DNA of 62,992 bases, the filler included, from Chthonomonadaceae bacterium (lineage in GTDB: Bacteria > Armatimonadota > Chthonomonadetes > Chthonomonadales > Chthonomonadaceae), in the NCBI GenBank assembly GCA_035650735.1. It is 4 parts of 4 records of this genome, joined end to end, with 100 filler letters (N's around TTAATTAATTAA, not from the genome) between each part and the next. Parts side by side here need not be neighbours in the genome. Positions count along the whole stretch, not along the records: positions 47,184 to 53,590 come from DASRGZ010000117.1; positions 53,691 to 62,992 come from DASRGZ010000129.1; 2 more parts are not named here. The stretch is one strand, 5' to 3'. This document shows, piece by piece, positions 50,782 through 60,768 of this stretch (positions are counted from its first letter, which is position 1; each line of letters begins with the position of its first letter). The notes under the pieces were generated by a model. The model was not told the DNA's origin, ran no database searches, and saw nothing but the letters and a program-made list of their open reading frames with translations. The position numbers and the translations under genes are program-made.

Positions 50782-51507
50782 TTAGAGCTTCCCGGGCGCT
50801 GCGGCGGATACGACAGGTGTGCCGGGCGGGTTGCTGATCGGCGTGGCCGCATACGGGCCAGATGTTCCCGGCGACACGGGATGCTGCGACTGGGCCAGAG
50901 TCAGCGCCTGCAGGTCCGAGTCGCGCAGTGCCGCCTTGCCGGGAGGCGCGACGTAGCGCGTCAATGTGAACGTCACGTGGGTCTGCGGCCAGGTGTCATC
51001 GCGCATCCATTTGATGTCCGTCAGGTTCAGCAGGCGCGGCGAGCGCAGGATACTATACAGAAAATCCCGTATCCCCAGATAGTGGCCGGCGATCTCGACC
51101 TGGCTGACAATCGCCGTCACGTCGGGCGGCAGGGATTTGCCCTGCGCCTCTTTGTTATCGGAGCCGGAGGCCGACGCGACGCTTGCGTTGTTGGCCGTAT
51201 TGGCGCTGTTGTTGGACCAATGGACGAACCGCACGTGCGCTCCGTCGGCATAGGCGCGCAGCACGTTCAGGAAGTTGGGCTGTTCCTGCGACGACTGCTC
51301 GGCGGTTGGAAAGCGGGCCGGGCGCGGCTTGGAGCCTGATGTGGTGATCAGGGTATCCAGCGCGGCAATCTGCTTGCCTGCCAGCTCCCATTCGCTTTCG
51401 AGATGCTGGGCGCGGCGGGCATGGTAGAAGGCCAACCCGCCCGCCAGAAAGAAGGATAGCACCGGCAGGCCAATGGCCAGTGAGTTATGAAGACGTAAGT
51501 TGTTCAC
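50782..51507 (-). CDS. PilO-like pilus assembly protein
   Basis: N-terminal TM, coiled coil, GHYLGIRDFL..I...PRLLNL ferredoxin-like segment; operon position. Confidence 0.7.
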   Translation of the reverse strand: MNNLRLHNSLAIGLPVLSFFLAGGLAFYHARRAQHLESEWELAGKQIAALDTLITTSGSKPRPARFPTAEQSSQEQPNFLNVLRAYADGAHVRFVHWSNNSANTANNASVASASGSDNKEAQGKSLPPDVTAIVSQVEIAGHYLGIRDFLYSILRSPRLLNLTDIKWMRDDTWPQTHVTFTLTRYVAPPGKAALRDSDLQALTLAQSQHPVSPGTSGPYAATPISNPPGTPVVSAAAPGKL

Positions 51508-51516
51508 GGTATATCC

Positions 51517-53175
51517 TCAACGCGTGCCGGGGGCTGCGGCCTGGGGGCGCTCCTGGCTGACATAGTGCAAGGAGATCTGGAAGCGCACCACCGGCGGGCG
51601 GCCCGTCACGTTCCCTTTGGTATCGAACGTATCCAGCGACGTATTCTCAAAGCTCGGGCTGCTTTTAAGCCCTTCGAGTGTCCTGATAACGGCCTTTTCG
51701 TTGGCGGCTTCGCCGGTCACGAGCACCTGGCCGCTCATGTCCAGGCTAACGCCGGTCAGGCCAACGTCCGGGGCAATCGCATGGGAAACCGCATCCATAA
51801 TGCGGGGAAATGGAAAGCCCTTGGGTTGGAGCGTTTGCAACTGTTCTGTCTGGGCCTGGAGCTGATCCAGGTATTCCTGCTTGAGCTTCTGTTTGGTGCT
51901 AAGCTCCGCCTGCCGTTGCTGCAGTGAGATCGCCACCATGCCGGCTTTGCGATTCATGGCAAAGGCCACGATTCCGCCGATGAGCAGGCAGAGAACGGAG
52001 AGCGCCAGCGAGACGGCCAGGCTGCGCTTCCCTAGCTGGATGACCCGGGGGGCGCGCACTCCCCTCAAGAGGTTGAAGCGCGGCACCGCCACCGGCTGAC
52101 CGGCCAGCCCATGCATAGCCAGACCGATGGCGCCCAGATAGCGCAGGCCCTCCGGTCCTTGAAGCTGAGCGGCGGCCTCGGGTGCGGCCTCTGCGGCGCC
52201 AGACAGCTCGGCGACCGTCGTTTCGATGGAGAGCGCCTGGGAAAGCCAGTTGGCAAGCGGCGTCAGGGCCGGATCGTTGGTGACCATCACGGCGCGGCTG
52301 ACGGCGCTGGATTGCGGATACTGGCTGCTGTAGTAATCTAGAGAGCGCTGTATCTCGATGACCAGGCTGCTGGCCGAGGCGACGTTGATCTGCCGGGCCG
52401 TTTCCGTCGGGCGGCCCTCGGATTCCGGCCCGGCCTCTTCTATCTCCTCGCCCAGCAGGCTGCGGGCGGCAGGCTTGTTCTCCGTCCGGGCGCCGCGCTG
52501 CCCCGCCTGCGGCTCGACGATCAGGCTGCTGCGGCCCATGTCCACGCGCCGGTAGAGCCGGATCTGGCCGTGGCTGACCACGGTGATCTCGACCTCGCCG
52601 TTGTTGATGGCCAGGCATAGGGCGGCCGGCTCGGCCTGCACTTTGGCAAACGCGACGCGATACATTGCCAGCAGCACCGGCTCCAGCGCCAGCAGGCGGA
52701 CCTGCGCCTGTTCGGCGACGGCGCGGTAGCCGCCGACGATCATCTCCTCTGCCGCCATGACCAGCACCTGTGGGCTGGCGTCGGCCAGCTCCTCGGGCCG
52801 CTGCAGCCGCATAAAGTCGAAGGCGCCGGTGTTGTCGCGCAAAATCTGGTAGTGGGCCAGCTCGCCCTGGATGACCGCTCCCATCTCGTTGTCGGGCATG
52901 CTGGGCACATCGAGCACGCGCGTGATCACGCCGCGCCCGGCAATGCCGAGCACAGCCTCGTGCGGACCTACGCCCATGCGCTCCAGCAACCGCTTTAACG
53001 TCTCAGCGACTGCCGCCGAGTTGACGATGTTGCCGCCCTCCAGCGCGCCGGCAGGCATAGGGGCAGAGCCGGCGCAGACCACCTGGGCGTTGGTCCAGTT
53101 GCCGCGCATCCCGACGGCATAGATTTCCGAAACATTCAAGTCCACGCCGATTAGCAGGCGTCCTTTTGCAGCCAT
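51517..53175 (-). CDS. Fused PilM-PilN pilus assembly protein
   Basis: IGVDL, VITRVLDVP, EIQRSLDYY, AIGLAM (PilM); then FNLL, TM, coiled coil and ferredoxin-like domain (PilN) with no stop between. Confidence 0.85.
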   Translation of the reverse strand: MAAKGRLLIGVDLNVSEIYAVGMRGNWTNAQVVCAGSAPMPAGALEGGNIVNSAAVAETLKRLLERMGVGPHEAVLGIAGRGVITRVLDVPSMPDNEMGAVIQGELAHYQILRDNTGAFDFMRLQRPEELADASPQVLVMAAEEMIVGGYRAVAEQAQVRLLALEPVLLAMYRVAFAKVQAEPAALCLAINNGEVEITVVSHGQIRLYRRVDMGRSSLIVEPQAGQRGARTENKPAARSLLGEEIEEAGPESEGRPTETARQINVASASSLVIEIQRSLDYYSSQYPQSSAVSRAVMVTNDPALTPLANWLSQALSIETTVAELSGAAEAAPEAAAQLQGPEGLRYLGAIGLAMHGLAGQPVAVPRFNLLRGVRAPRVIQLGKRSLAVSLALSVLCLLIGGIVAFAMNRKAGMVAISLQQRQAELSTKQKLKQEYLDQLQAQTEQLQTLQPKGFPFPRIMDAVSHAIAPDVGLTGVSLDMSGQVLVTGEAANEKAVIRTLEGLKSSPSFENTSLDTFDTKGNVTGRPPVVRFQISLHYVSQERPQAAAPGTR

Positions 53176-53438
53176 AGTTACAATCCCTCGGTTCATACTG
53201 CGATTGGCGGGCCATCACAGGGCTCGCCAATCCGCGCGCCTCCTGCGCGCCGATTTCCAGGCCGTAAGGTTTACCAGCAAAACAGCAGTAGGAATCGGGT
53301 CGCCCCTCAGCGGGTGGAAGAAATCCCGCCGGAGGGCAGCCTCGCGGCATCTGGCCTTTGTGTCAGGTTGATTATTGCCGCATTCCTCGGTAAGCCATAG
53401 AGCAAACGAAGTTAAATTGACTCCCCGGTTCGCCTCAA

Positions 53439-53590
53439 GCGGCAGGCTGAACCCTGCCGCTCGGGGGCGCAAAGCGCCCGTCGCCCACCTACGTGGGCGA
53501 AAAAGGTGTTTTGCCCGCGTAGGTGTCGCTAGGCAGAGCCGTGTCGCAAGGTGTCGCAAGGCGGAGGCAAGGGCCGTAACCTTGCCGACC
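53439..53590. repeat. Composite intergenic repeat, family A, at contig end
   Basis: GCGGCAGGCTGAACCCTGCCGC hairpin plus about 78 nt near-identical to 540-616. Confidence 0.88.
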
Positions 53591-53690
53591 NNNNNNNNNN
53601 NNNNNNNNNNNNNNNNNNNNNNNNNNNNNNNNNNTTAATTAATTAANNNNNNNNNNNNNNNNNNNNNNNNNNNNNNNNNNNNNNNNNNNN
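53591..53690. other. Artificial contig linker
   Basis: N run with central TTAATTAATTAA. Confidence 0.98.
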
Positions 53691-53691
53691 C

Positions 53692-53937
53692 AACCACCTG
53701 GTCACGGTGGTCATTCCCGAATTCGTGCCTACCAAGTGGTGGCATCATCTGCTGCATGGCAACCAGGGCTTGCTGCTCAAGTTTGCTTTGTTGGGGCGAA
53801 ACGATGTCATCGTGGCCAACGTGCGCTACTACCTCCAGCAGACGGAGGAGGCGCCGCCCGTAGATGCGCTGGCCGAGGAGGTTGCGCCCGTTGTGCGCGG
53901 CCATAGCCCGGAAGGAGCAGTCGCCCATGATCATTGA
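53692..53937 (+). CDS. APC family permease (KimA/YdaO-like), C-terminal fragment
   Basis: VTVVIPEFVPTKWWHHLLH.NQ.LLLKFALL...VIVANVRYYL, characteristic C-terminal tail. Confidence 0.85.
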   Translation, partial: NHLVTVVIPEFVPTKWWHHLLHGNQGLLLKFALLGRNDVIVANVRYYLQQTEEAPPVDALAEEVAPVVRGHSPEGAVAHDH

Positions 53938-54730
53938 GACCAAAGAGGACGTGGTGCGCCTGTCGGGCTCGCTGCATAAGAACCAGTGGCTGACCATCCG
54001 GGCGGCGGCTAATCTGCTGCTACAGGAGCACCCGGAAGGCATCATCATTGACTGCGGCGGTCTGGAAGAGATCTCCGAGGACGGCGCGCGCACCTTTCTG
54101 GAGGCCATGCGCGACATCGAGGCCGCCAAAAGCCGCATTATTGTCGCCAACCTGCCGGAGAAGGTGCTGGCCGTCCTGCGGACGGTGCCGGGCGTGCGCT
54201 CTCAACTGCCCATCGCCGACTCGGTCGAGGAGGCGCGCGCCTCCCTGCGGCTGACCCACCGGCACCCGGCGGCGCCGCCGGCGGTGAACGGAGCCCGACG
54301 CGGCAATGTGCTCCTGGTGCCGCTGCTGGCGGAACTGGATCTCACTTACGGCGCCCATCTGGCAGGACGGTTAGCGCAGGGCACACGGGCGGAGGTGCAT
54401 CTGGTCTATCTGCTGGAAGTGGAGCGCACGCTGCCCCTGAACGCGCCCCTGCTGGATAAGGAACAGGCCGCACAGGAAGCGCTCTCGCAGGCGATACGAC
54501 ATGCCAGACAGTACAGTGTGCCGGTGCAGGAGCACGTAGAGCGCGTGCGCGGAGTGGAAGATGGAATTCTAACGGCTATCCGGTCCAACGCGGCGGATAT
54601 GGTCGTCCTGGGTGCGACGAGCGAGCCTATCGGGGAGGAAGGGCACGAGGTATTCCACCGCCTGGTAGATAGCCTGCTGCATCGCGCTCCATGCGAGGTG
54701 ATCGTCGGGCGAATGCGGCCTCGTGAATAA
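53927..54730 (+). CDS. STAS-like + universal stress protein (USP) fusion
   Basis: N-terminal IIIDCGGLEEISEDG (STAS-like); C-terminal LLVPL..VHLVYLLEV..DMVVLG..LLHRAPCEVIV (USP); AAGGAG RBS. Confidence 0.8.
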   Translation: MIIETKEDVVRLSGSLHKNQWLTIRAAANLLLQEHPEGIIIDCGGLEEISEDGARTFLEAMRDIEAAKSRIIVANLPEKVLAVLRTVPGVRSQLPIADSVEEARASLRLTHRHPAAPPAVNGARRGNVLLVPLLAELDLTYGAHLAGRLAQGTRAEVHLVYLLEVERTLPLNAPLLDKEQAAQEALSQAIRHARQYSVPVQEHVERVRGVEDGILTAIRSNAADMVVLGATSEPIGEEGHEVFHRLVDSLLHRAPCEVIVGRMRPRE

Positions 54731-54771
54731 ACTCCCTTCCCTAATAGAATCAATCAAGGAACGAACGAGCG

Positions 54772-55632
54772 ATGCCCTTTATTGCGTTGGATGTTGAAGA
54801 GATCGTTCGGCGGGCGCTGGCCGAGGACATCGGGACGGGCGACGTGACGACGCTGCTGACCGTTCCCGAGGAGGCGCAGGCGCGCGCCGTGATGTGGGCG
54901 AAGGCGGAAGGGATCGTGGCGGGCCTGCCGGTCGTGGCCGAGGTCTACCGGCAGGTGGACCCGACGCTGACGGTCGAATTCGCGGTCGCAGACGGCAGCC
55001 GCGTTCTTTCGGGTGATGCGATCTGCGTGATCGCCGGGTCGGCGCAGAGTATCCTCACGGGGGAGCGTGTGGCGCTCAACTTCGTGCAGCGGCTATCGGG
55101 GATCGCGACTAAGACGGCGCGGTTCGTGGATCTGGTCGCCGGGATGCGGGCGCGCATCGTGGACACGCGCAAGACGACGCCGGGCCTGCGCTCCCTGGAA
55201 AAATATGCCGTGCGCGTTGGCGGTGGCCACAATCATCGCTTCGGTCTCTACGACGCCATACTGATCAAGGACAACCACATCCAGGCGAGCGGCGGCATCA
55301 CGGCGGCGGTGCAGCGCGCGCTGGCGCAGGCCCCGCATACCATGACCGTAACGGTCGAATGCGAGACGCTGGAGCAGGCCCAGGAGGCGCTGGCAGCGGG
55401 CGCGGATATTCTCCTGCTGGATAATATGTCGCCGGAGCAGTTGGCCGAAGCGGTGGCCCAGGTGGGCGGACAGGTCACCATCGAGGCCAGCGGCGGCGTG
55501 ACAGAGGAGACTGTCGCCGCCATCGCGCAGGCGGGAGTGGATATTATTTCGGTCGGCGCGCTCACGCATTCTGCCGTTGCCCTCGACATCAGCCTGGACC
55601 TGGAAACCCTGACTTCTCGTCCCACTCCTTGA
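54772..55632 (+). CDS. nadC: Nicotinate-nucleotide diphosphorylase (carboxylating)
   Basis: ALAEDIGTGDVTT, ERVALNF, DTRKTTPGLR, LIKDNH, LLDN, EASGG. Confidence 0.97.
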   Translation: MPFIALDVEEIVRRALAEDIGTGDVTTLLTVPEEAQARAVMWAKAEGIVAGLPVVAEVYRQVDPTLTVEFAVADGSRVLSGDAICVIAGSAQSILTGERVALNFVQRLSGIATKTARFVDLVAGMRARIVDTRKTTPGLRSLEKYAVRVGGGHNHRFGLYDAILIKDNHIQASGGITAAVQRALAQAPHTMTVTVECETLEQAQEALAAGADILLLDNMSPEQLAEAVAQVGGQVTIEASGGVTEETVAAIAQAGVDIISVGALTHSAVALDISLDLETLTSRPTP

Positions 55633-55670
55633 GAAGAAGAGGGGCCAGCTTCTGCTCTCCCTCGTGCTTT

Positions 55671-55875
55671 ACCTAACCCCCCGGCCCCCTTCCCTGATGC
55701 GTTCGCTTCGCTCACAGGGAAAGGGGGGACCCGGCTTTACTTCCCCCTTCTCCCTGCAAGGGAGAAGGGCCGGGGATGAGGGGAGATAAGCCAGAACGGA
55801 AGAACCTGGAAGGAAGAGAGTCTCCCCTCTCCTTCTCAAAGAGAGGGCCGGGGGTGAGGTCTTCTAGGGTGAGGG
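55671..55875. repeat. REP-like palindrome cluster (family B copy plus CCCCTCTCC-type hairpins)
   Basis: 55671-55738 is the inverted copy of 7741-7808, followed by two more GC-rich hairpins. Confidence 0.8.
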
Positions 55876-55896
55876 TTGGCAACGGAGTGTGCGCAG

Positions 55897-56709
55897 ATGG
55901 TCCTGGAAATCCTGGAAAGCGTGCCTTCGACGATGGATGTGGCACGGGAGAACGTCCTATTGGGACGTGTCGTGTTTGATGTACGGGGCCGCCCTAATTA
56001 CGAAGCGGTCCTGGCGCGCGAACAGACAGCGGGACGCGGGCAGCGCGGGCGCGTCTGGTATGCGCCTCCCGGCGAAGCCTTCTGCGCCACCTACTACTTC
56101 CGCCGCGACCGAACCGATCCGCAGCACGTCGGCGAGATCGCCCTGCTGGCCGGCGTGGCCGTCGTCGAGGCGCTGCGCTCCCTGCTCTGCCCTCTAGCAC
56201 CGAATACGATGGCGGGCGCTCCCGAAATCCGGCAGGTGCCGCCTGCCCTCTGCCTGGGGCTGAAATGGCCCAACGATGTAACCTTGAACGGCAAAAAGCT
56301 GGCCGGCATTCTGATTGAGATGGTCAAGGCCCCCGATGGAAAGTGGACGGCCTTGATTGGCATTGGAATCAACCTTGGGCAGCGTGCGTTTCCGCCGGAG
56401 TTCGCCGCCAGCGCGACCTCGCTGGCCCTGGAGGGCGCGCTCGCCTGCGACTGGCAAACGCTCGGCCTACGCATTGCCGAGGCGCTGCACGCGGAGGCGG
56501 ATCGGCTCTGCAGCCGGGGCTTCCCGGCCCTCCTACAGCGGTGGCGTGCCTACGATCAGACCCCTGGGCGTCGTTACGAAACACAGATAGATGGCGTCAC
56601 CCTGCAAGGCATCGCGCTGGGCGTTAATGCTGTGGGCGCGCTGCGGCTGCAACTGGAGGATGGGCGCGAGGTTGCGGTCACAACCGCAACCTCTGTGCGT
56701 GAGTCATGA
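55897..56709 (+). CDS. birA: Biotin--[acetyl-CoA-carboxylase] ligase (no N-terminal HTH)
   Basis: STMD, EQTAGRGQRGRVW, LKWPNDV, KKLAGILIE, GIGIN. Confidence 0.92.
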   Translation: MVLEILESVPSTMDVARENVLLGRVVFDVRGRPNYEAVLAREQTAGRGQRGRVWYAPPGEAFCATYYFRRDRTDPQHVGEIALLAGVAVVEALRSLLCPLAPNTMAGAPEIRQVPPALCLGLKWPNDVTLNGKKLAGILIEMVKAPDGKWTALIGIGINLGQRAFPPEFAASATSLALEGALACDWQTLGLRIAEALHAEADRLCSRGFPALLQRWRAYDQTPGRRYETQIDGVTLQGIALGVNAVGALRLQLEDGREVAVTTATSVRES

Positions 56710-57767
56710 ATATGGTCTCATTTCTCAAAGGCAGAAAGCGATGGTTTGCAGCGCTGGCGATCCCTGGCCTGGCGCTGCTGGCGGGTGCGCCAGGCGCCAC
56801 TCCGCTCCCTGAGGCAACGCCCCCGGATCGGCAGGATGCGGCCCCTCCGGCATCGACGGCTTCGGCAGAGGCGTCAGGATCGGAGAAGGCAGCCTCCGTT
56901 CTAACGTTGAGACGGCGCGTCCCGGGTGATTTTTGCCTGCGCCTGCTGCCGGGCTGGCGGGTGCAGCCGGAGGGCGGCGCGCTGCGTCTAATCGCTGCGG
57001 CGGATCGCCCGGACGGCGGCGCTGCCTTTCGCCTGGAGCTGGACGCGTTGACAGCGCCGATCACGGCGGGCGGGCCGCTGCCGCATACGGAGTTGCTAGG
57101 CCAGATCCGGGAGCGGCTGGGAGCTTCGCTACGCAACGCGCGCGAGCGGATAGAGGCACGGCAGGTCTTTACCACGCCGAGCGCCGCCGGGATCACCTAC
57201 CATTTCCAGGGGGAGCGCCGCTCTGACGGGCGCGCCGTGACGGATGTGCCCGTGACCGTGTTGATCGGCGAGGGCGGAAAGCGCACGGCGCTGCTGGCAC
57301 CGCTTGAGCCGGCTCCCCTGCCGCCCGATCTGGAGGCAGATCTGGGAGCCATGCTGCGCGCGGCGCGTTTCCTTCCCTCGGAGGCCAGGCCGGATACGAC
57401 ACAGCAATTTTCAGGCCGCCTGGTCGGCCAGGAGAACACCTTTTTCCTCTGGCTGCGCAACAAGGGGGACGCCGAGGCCGTGTGGAAGACCTTCACGCCC
57501 AACGGAACCGAGATGTCGGCGCGGTTTGCCGGCTCGTATGCGCTGCTCGGCAATCGAGTGCGCGCGGCCCTGCTGCGCACCGGCGGAGAGAACCGCTACG
57601 CGGCCCGCCTGCTGGAGCTGGACCTGACGCCGGTGGGTGGGGTGGCGCGCGGCACGGTCCGCCTGGACGACACGCGCCAGATGCCTATTGCAGACCTGAA
57701 GCTGATCAACGTCAGCCTCACGCAGGGGCGTACCTCCGACCTGCCGACCTTCGCCCGACCTCAGTGA
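56706..57767 (+). CDS. Hypothetical exported protein
   Basis: Signal-like N-terminus; ATGA overlap with birA. Confidence 0.7.
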   Translation: MNMVSFLKGRKRWFAALAIPGLALLAGAPGATPLPEATPPDRQDAAPPASTASAEASGSEKAASVLTLRRRVPGDFCLRLLPGWRVQPEGGALRLIAAADRPDGGAAFRLELDALTAPITAGGPLPHTELLGQIRERLGASLRNARERIEARQVFTTPSAAGITYHFQGERRSDGRAVTDVPVTVLIGEGGKRTALLAPLEPAPLPPDLEADLGAMLRAARFLPSEARPDTTQQFSGRLVGQENTFFLWLRNKGDAEAVWKTFTPNGTEMSARFAGSYALLGNRVRAALLRTGGENRYAARLLELDLTPVGGVARGTVRLDDTRQMPIADLKLINVSLTQGRTSDLPTFARPQ

Positions 57768-57889
57768 CCGCGCGTTCCCGGTTTTCCGCAACGGCCAGAT
57801 GATCTGCAATAGATTCGGCACTCTCTACACCCTACGCCAGGATCATTCCATTTTCCTTATCGGGCGGCTCAAGCCGCAGCAACCAGGGT

Positions 57890-58182
57890 ACCTAACCCCC
57901 CCCAGCCCCCACTGCTAGGGTCGGCCCTACAATGGACTGCAAGGGTCGCGCCTGCAACGGTTCGGCCACTGCTAGGGTCGCCGGAGTTACGGCCCTTGCC
58001 TCCGCCTAGCGACCCTACGAGGGAAGGGAGTGACCCGACTTCTGCTCTCCCCTCTCCTTGAGAAGGAGAGGGGGGGCCGCAGGCCGGGGTGCGGTCTCTC
58101 CCCTCTCCCGCAGCGTGGGAGAGGGGTCGGGGGTGAGGTCTCTCCCTTCTCCTTGTGAAGGAGAAGGGTCGGGGATGAGGTC
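57890..58182. repeat. Cluster of family A repeat (inverted) and REP-like palindromes
   Basis: CCACTGCTAGGGTCG twice, GTTACGGCCCTTGCCTCCGCC (reverse of the family A core), then three CCCCTCTCC/GGAGAGGGG-type hairpins. Confidence 0.85.
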
Positions 58183-58381
58183 TTTAGTCGCCGTAGAGCG
58201 ACTTTGTGCCTTGGTTGCCGCGAATTGATTCGCCCGCTACCAAAACCGGAGCGCGTCCGCTAGATTTCGGCCCTAAACTGTCACGGGACGCCCTCCGCGG
58301 CGTAATTAGAGACCGTCTATCAAGGCCCGCTCCGATGCGCGCAGCGCCCGCAGTCGGAGGGCACAAAGACGGTCTCAGCCT

Positions 58382-58585
58382 ATGACAAATGAAACCAATA
58401 AGAACGCGCGCCCGCCGGGGCGGAAAACCCGCTGCGCTGCGAGGCCGCTCTATGCGTGGCAGGTGCTATGCCTCGCGGCGTTCCTGGCGCCGATCCTGGT
58501 CTCGGACGGTACGGAGACGCATGGCGCTCCGCAGCCGACGCCGCCCCAGACGCGCCTCACCGCCGCGCTGACAATTCCCATCTAA
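58382..58585 (+). CDS. Small hypothetical protein
   Basis: 67-aa ORF with one hydrophobic segment; no clear RBS. Confidence 0.35.
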   Translation: MTNETNKNARPPGRKTRCAARPLYAWQVLCLAAFLAPILVSDGTETHGAPQPTPPQTRLTAALTIPI

Positions 58586-58685
58586 GCGGCAGGCTGCCTG
58601 TTTGCGCAGGTAGCCTGCCTTTCCTCTCCATTTCCCCGGCACGATTGCCCCCCGATCCGCCGTTTTCGTGGAGCCAGAAAGACCC

Positions 58686-58916
58686 ATGTGCAAGAAATAC
58701 CCTTCCAGGCAACTGGATACCTCCTCGGTCGAGGACGGCGACGCCACCACGCTTTCCCTGATCCGTGCGCTACGCACGATTCCCAGGCCCGGCCCAGGGA
58801 TTCCCTTCGGGCTTTCGCTGGATGCCGAGATAGAGGAAGAATGGATATGCCGCGCCCGCCAGTTCCATTTCCTGCTGGATCAGATCAACGCTAGCCTCGC
58901 CGAACTCTTTTCCTGA
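58686..58916 (+). CDS. Small hypothetical protein
   Basis: 76-aa ORF, no recognisable motif. Confidence 0.35.
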   Translation: MCKKYPSRQLDTSSVEDGDATTLSLIRALRTIPRPGPGIPFGLSLDAEIEEEWICRARQFHFLLDQINASLAELFS

Positions 58917-59103
58917 TCTCAATGCCGCGCATGAGTCCCTAGCAAGGAGAGGAGCGGCTTCGCCTGGACTCGTAAAATAAATTTATCTCCGGCAGGATTC
59001 TGCCTGTCTGCATGGAATTGCGATATGGACGATTCATACCGCACTATTCGCAGGTTCGTCCTATCCCAACCGGCTCGAAGAACCGGGAAAGGAGAAAGCT
59101 TCC

Positions 59104-59913
59104 ATGTCCGTTCCGGCGATTCCTGTAGGAGCGAAGTTCAACTGGACGTCTTCCGACACATGTACGGTAGAGTGGGACCAAGTTACAACCAACACCCACA
59201 CGCGAAAGCTGGTGATCAAGGGCCCCGATGGAAGAACCTATGAGGTGACGCTGACCGATGAAACCACCTCTACAACACACATGACGTACCACAACATACG
59301 CAACAAGAGCGGTCAAATCGAACTCACAGGTCTCCTTGCGGCGTCTGGAGTGGCATCGCAAGCGCGCTCTGCCTCGGCCAGGCAGGAGGTTGCCAATGTA
59401 TCCGGCTACCGATTCAGGGGCACCATCGCGCCTGAGAGAAGCGTGGATAGCTACAGTTTTGCCTTTGATGGCATAGACGGCATTGACAACGGCGTGCATA
59501 CCCTTGCCTTCCGGATTGATGGGGCCATTACCTCTGGCGCAATCCGCTTCATTGGCGAGCAAGAAGGTTCCATTCTTACCACTACGAGCGGCGATTTCCA
59601 ATACTTCGTCCGGGGGCGCAGCAATCGTCCATTCGCTACCGTGGCAGGCAAACCCATACCGCTTGGCGATGTCACCCTCATTAGCCGTCCGGACTCCGTG
59701 AAAAACTTCATGCTTACCCTGGATTTGGCTAAGGGATTCGGGCATTTTGACTTCGACGTTATCGAGGAAATGTATGCGCGCTCCATCTTCATAACGACGA
59801 CGAACAATCAGTCAGGGAATATGGAGGCGATCAGACCCGTGCTGTTCCGTACCCATAAATCGGGAAGCCTCCAGCTTCTTCGCAACGATTTCTGGGCTGA
59901 ACTGCGCGACTGA
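59104..59913 (+). CDS. Hypothetical beta-rich protein
   Basis: 269-aa ORF with AAGGAG RBS; no family recognised. Confidence 0.75.
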   Translation: MSVPAIPVGAKFNWTSSDTCTVEWDQVTTNTHTRKLVIKGPDGRTYEVTLTDETTSTTHMTYHNIRNKSGQIELTGLLAASGVASQARSASARQEVANVSGYRFRGTIAPERSVDSYSFAFDGIDGIDNGVHTLAFRIDGAITSGAIRFIGEQEGSILTTTSGDFQYFVRGRSNRPFATVAGKPIPLGDVTLISRPDSVKNFMLTLDLAKGFGHFDFDVIEEMYARSIFITTTNNQSGNMEAIRPVLFRTHKSGSLQLLRNDFWAELRD

Positions 59914-59995
59914 ACAATGTGGATGCTGCTCCTCGGAGATACTCCGTTTGAGAAGGAGCCACACGACGGGATGTCTGCCGGAACGTGGGGTGATG

Positions 59996-60748
59996 ATGAA
60001 TATCCAGGTGCATCGAGTGGAATACAAAGAGGTCGAGGCTATGCGGGAGCTCTACCGCCAGGAAGCCAACTGCCAGATCAGGCGTGACTCGGCTCTGTCA
60101 CGCGGTCTGGCCGATCCCTACATGATTGTCGTGGAGGGCCGGAGGGCAGGCTACGGGGCCGTCTTGAACAGATACGACGTGGGCCGACTCACGGAGTTCT
60201 ACACGCTGCCGCATGTGCGCAGCAGCGCGCTGCCTCTGTTCCGCGAACTCCTGGCCGTCAGTCAGGCCACAGAGATCGAAGCCCAGACCAATATTCCCTG
60301 GATGCTCACCATGCTCTACGACTGTGCCACCGATATAGCCCAGGAAAGTATCCTGTTCCAGGATGCGTTCGTCACTCAGCTTGCCTGTCCTGACGGTGTG
60401 TTCCGACGAGCCACACCAGAAGATGCCGGGGCGATTTTTCCCCATCACCATGAGCCGGTCGGCGAGTGGATCATAGAGGCGAAGGGCGCTGCCGTGGCGA
60501 CGGGAGGCTTCCTCTGCCACTACAATCCGCCCTACGGGGATGTCTTTATGGAAGTTTGGGAACCGGCCAGACGACAGGGCTTTGGCAGCTATCTGGTACA
60601 GGAGGTCAAACGGGTCTGCTACGAAGCCGGCAAGAAGCCTGCGGCGCGGTGCAATCCGACCAATGTGGCTTCGCGACGCACCTTGCAGAAGGCGGGCTTT
60701 CTGCCGTGTGGGCGGTTGTTAGTGGGCAAAGTAGGCCCGTCGGCTTAA
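59996..60748 (+). CDS. GNAT family N-acetyltransferase
   Basis: RRQGFGSYLV and NVASRRTLQKAGF motifs. Confidence 0.88.
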   Translation: MNIQVHRVEYKEVEAMRELYRQEANCQIRRDSALSRGLADPYMIVVEGRRAGYGAVLNRYDVGRLTEFYTLPHVRSSALPLFRELLAVSQATEIEAQTNIPWMLTMLYDCATDIAQESILFQDAFVTQLACPDGVFRRATPEDAGAIFPHHHEPVGEWIIEAKGAAVATGGFLCHYNPPYGDVFMEVWEPARRQGFGSYLVQEVKRVCYEAGKKPAARCNPTNVASRRTLQKAGFLPCGRLLVGKVGPSA

Positions 60749-60768
60749 CAGGAAGGCCTGGGGATAAG

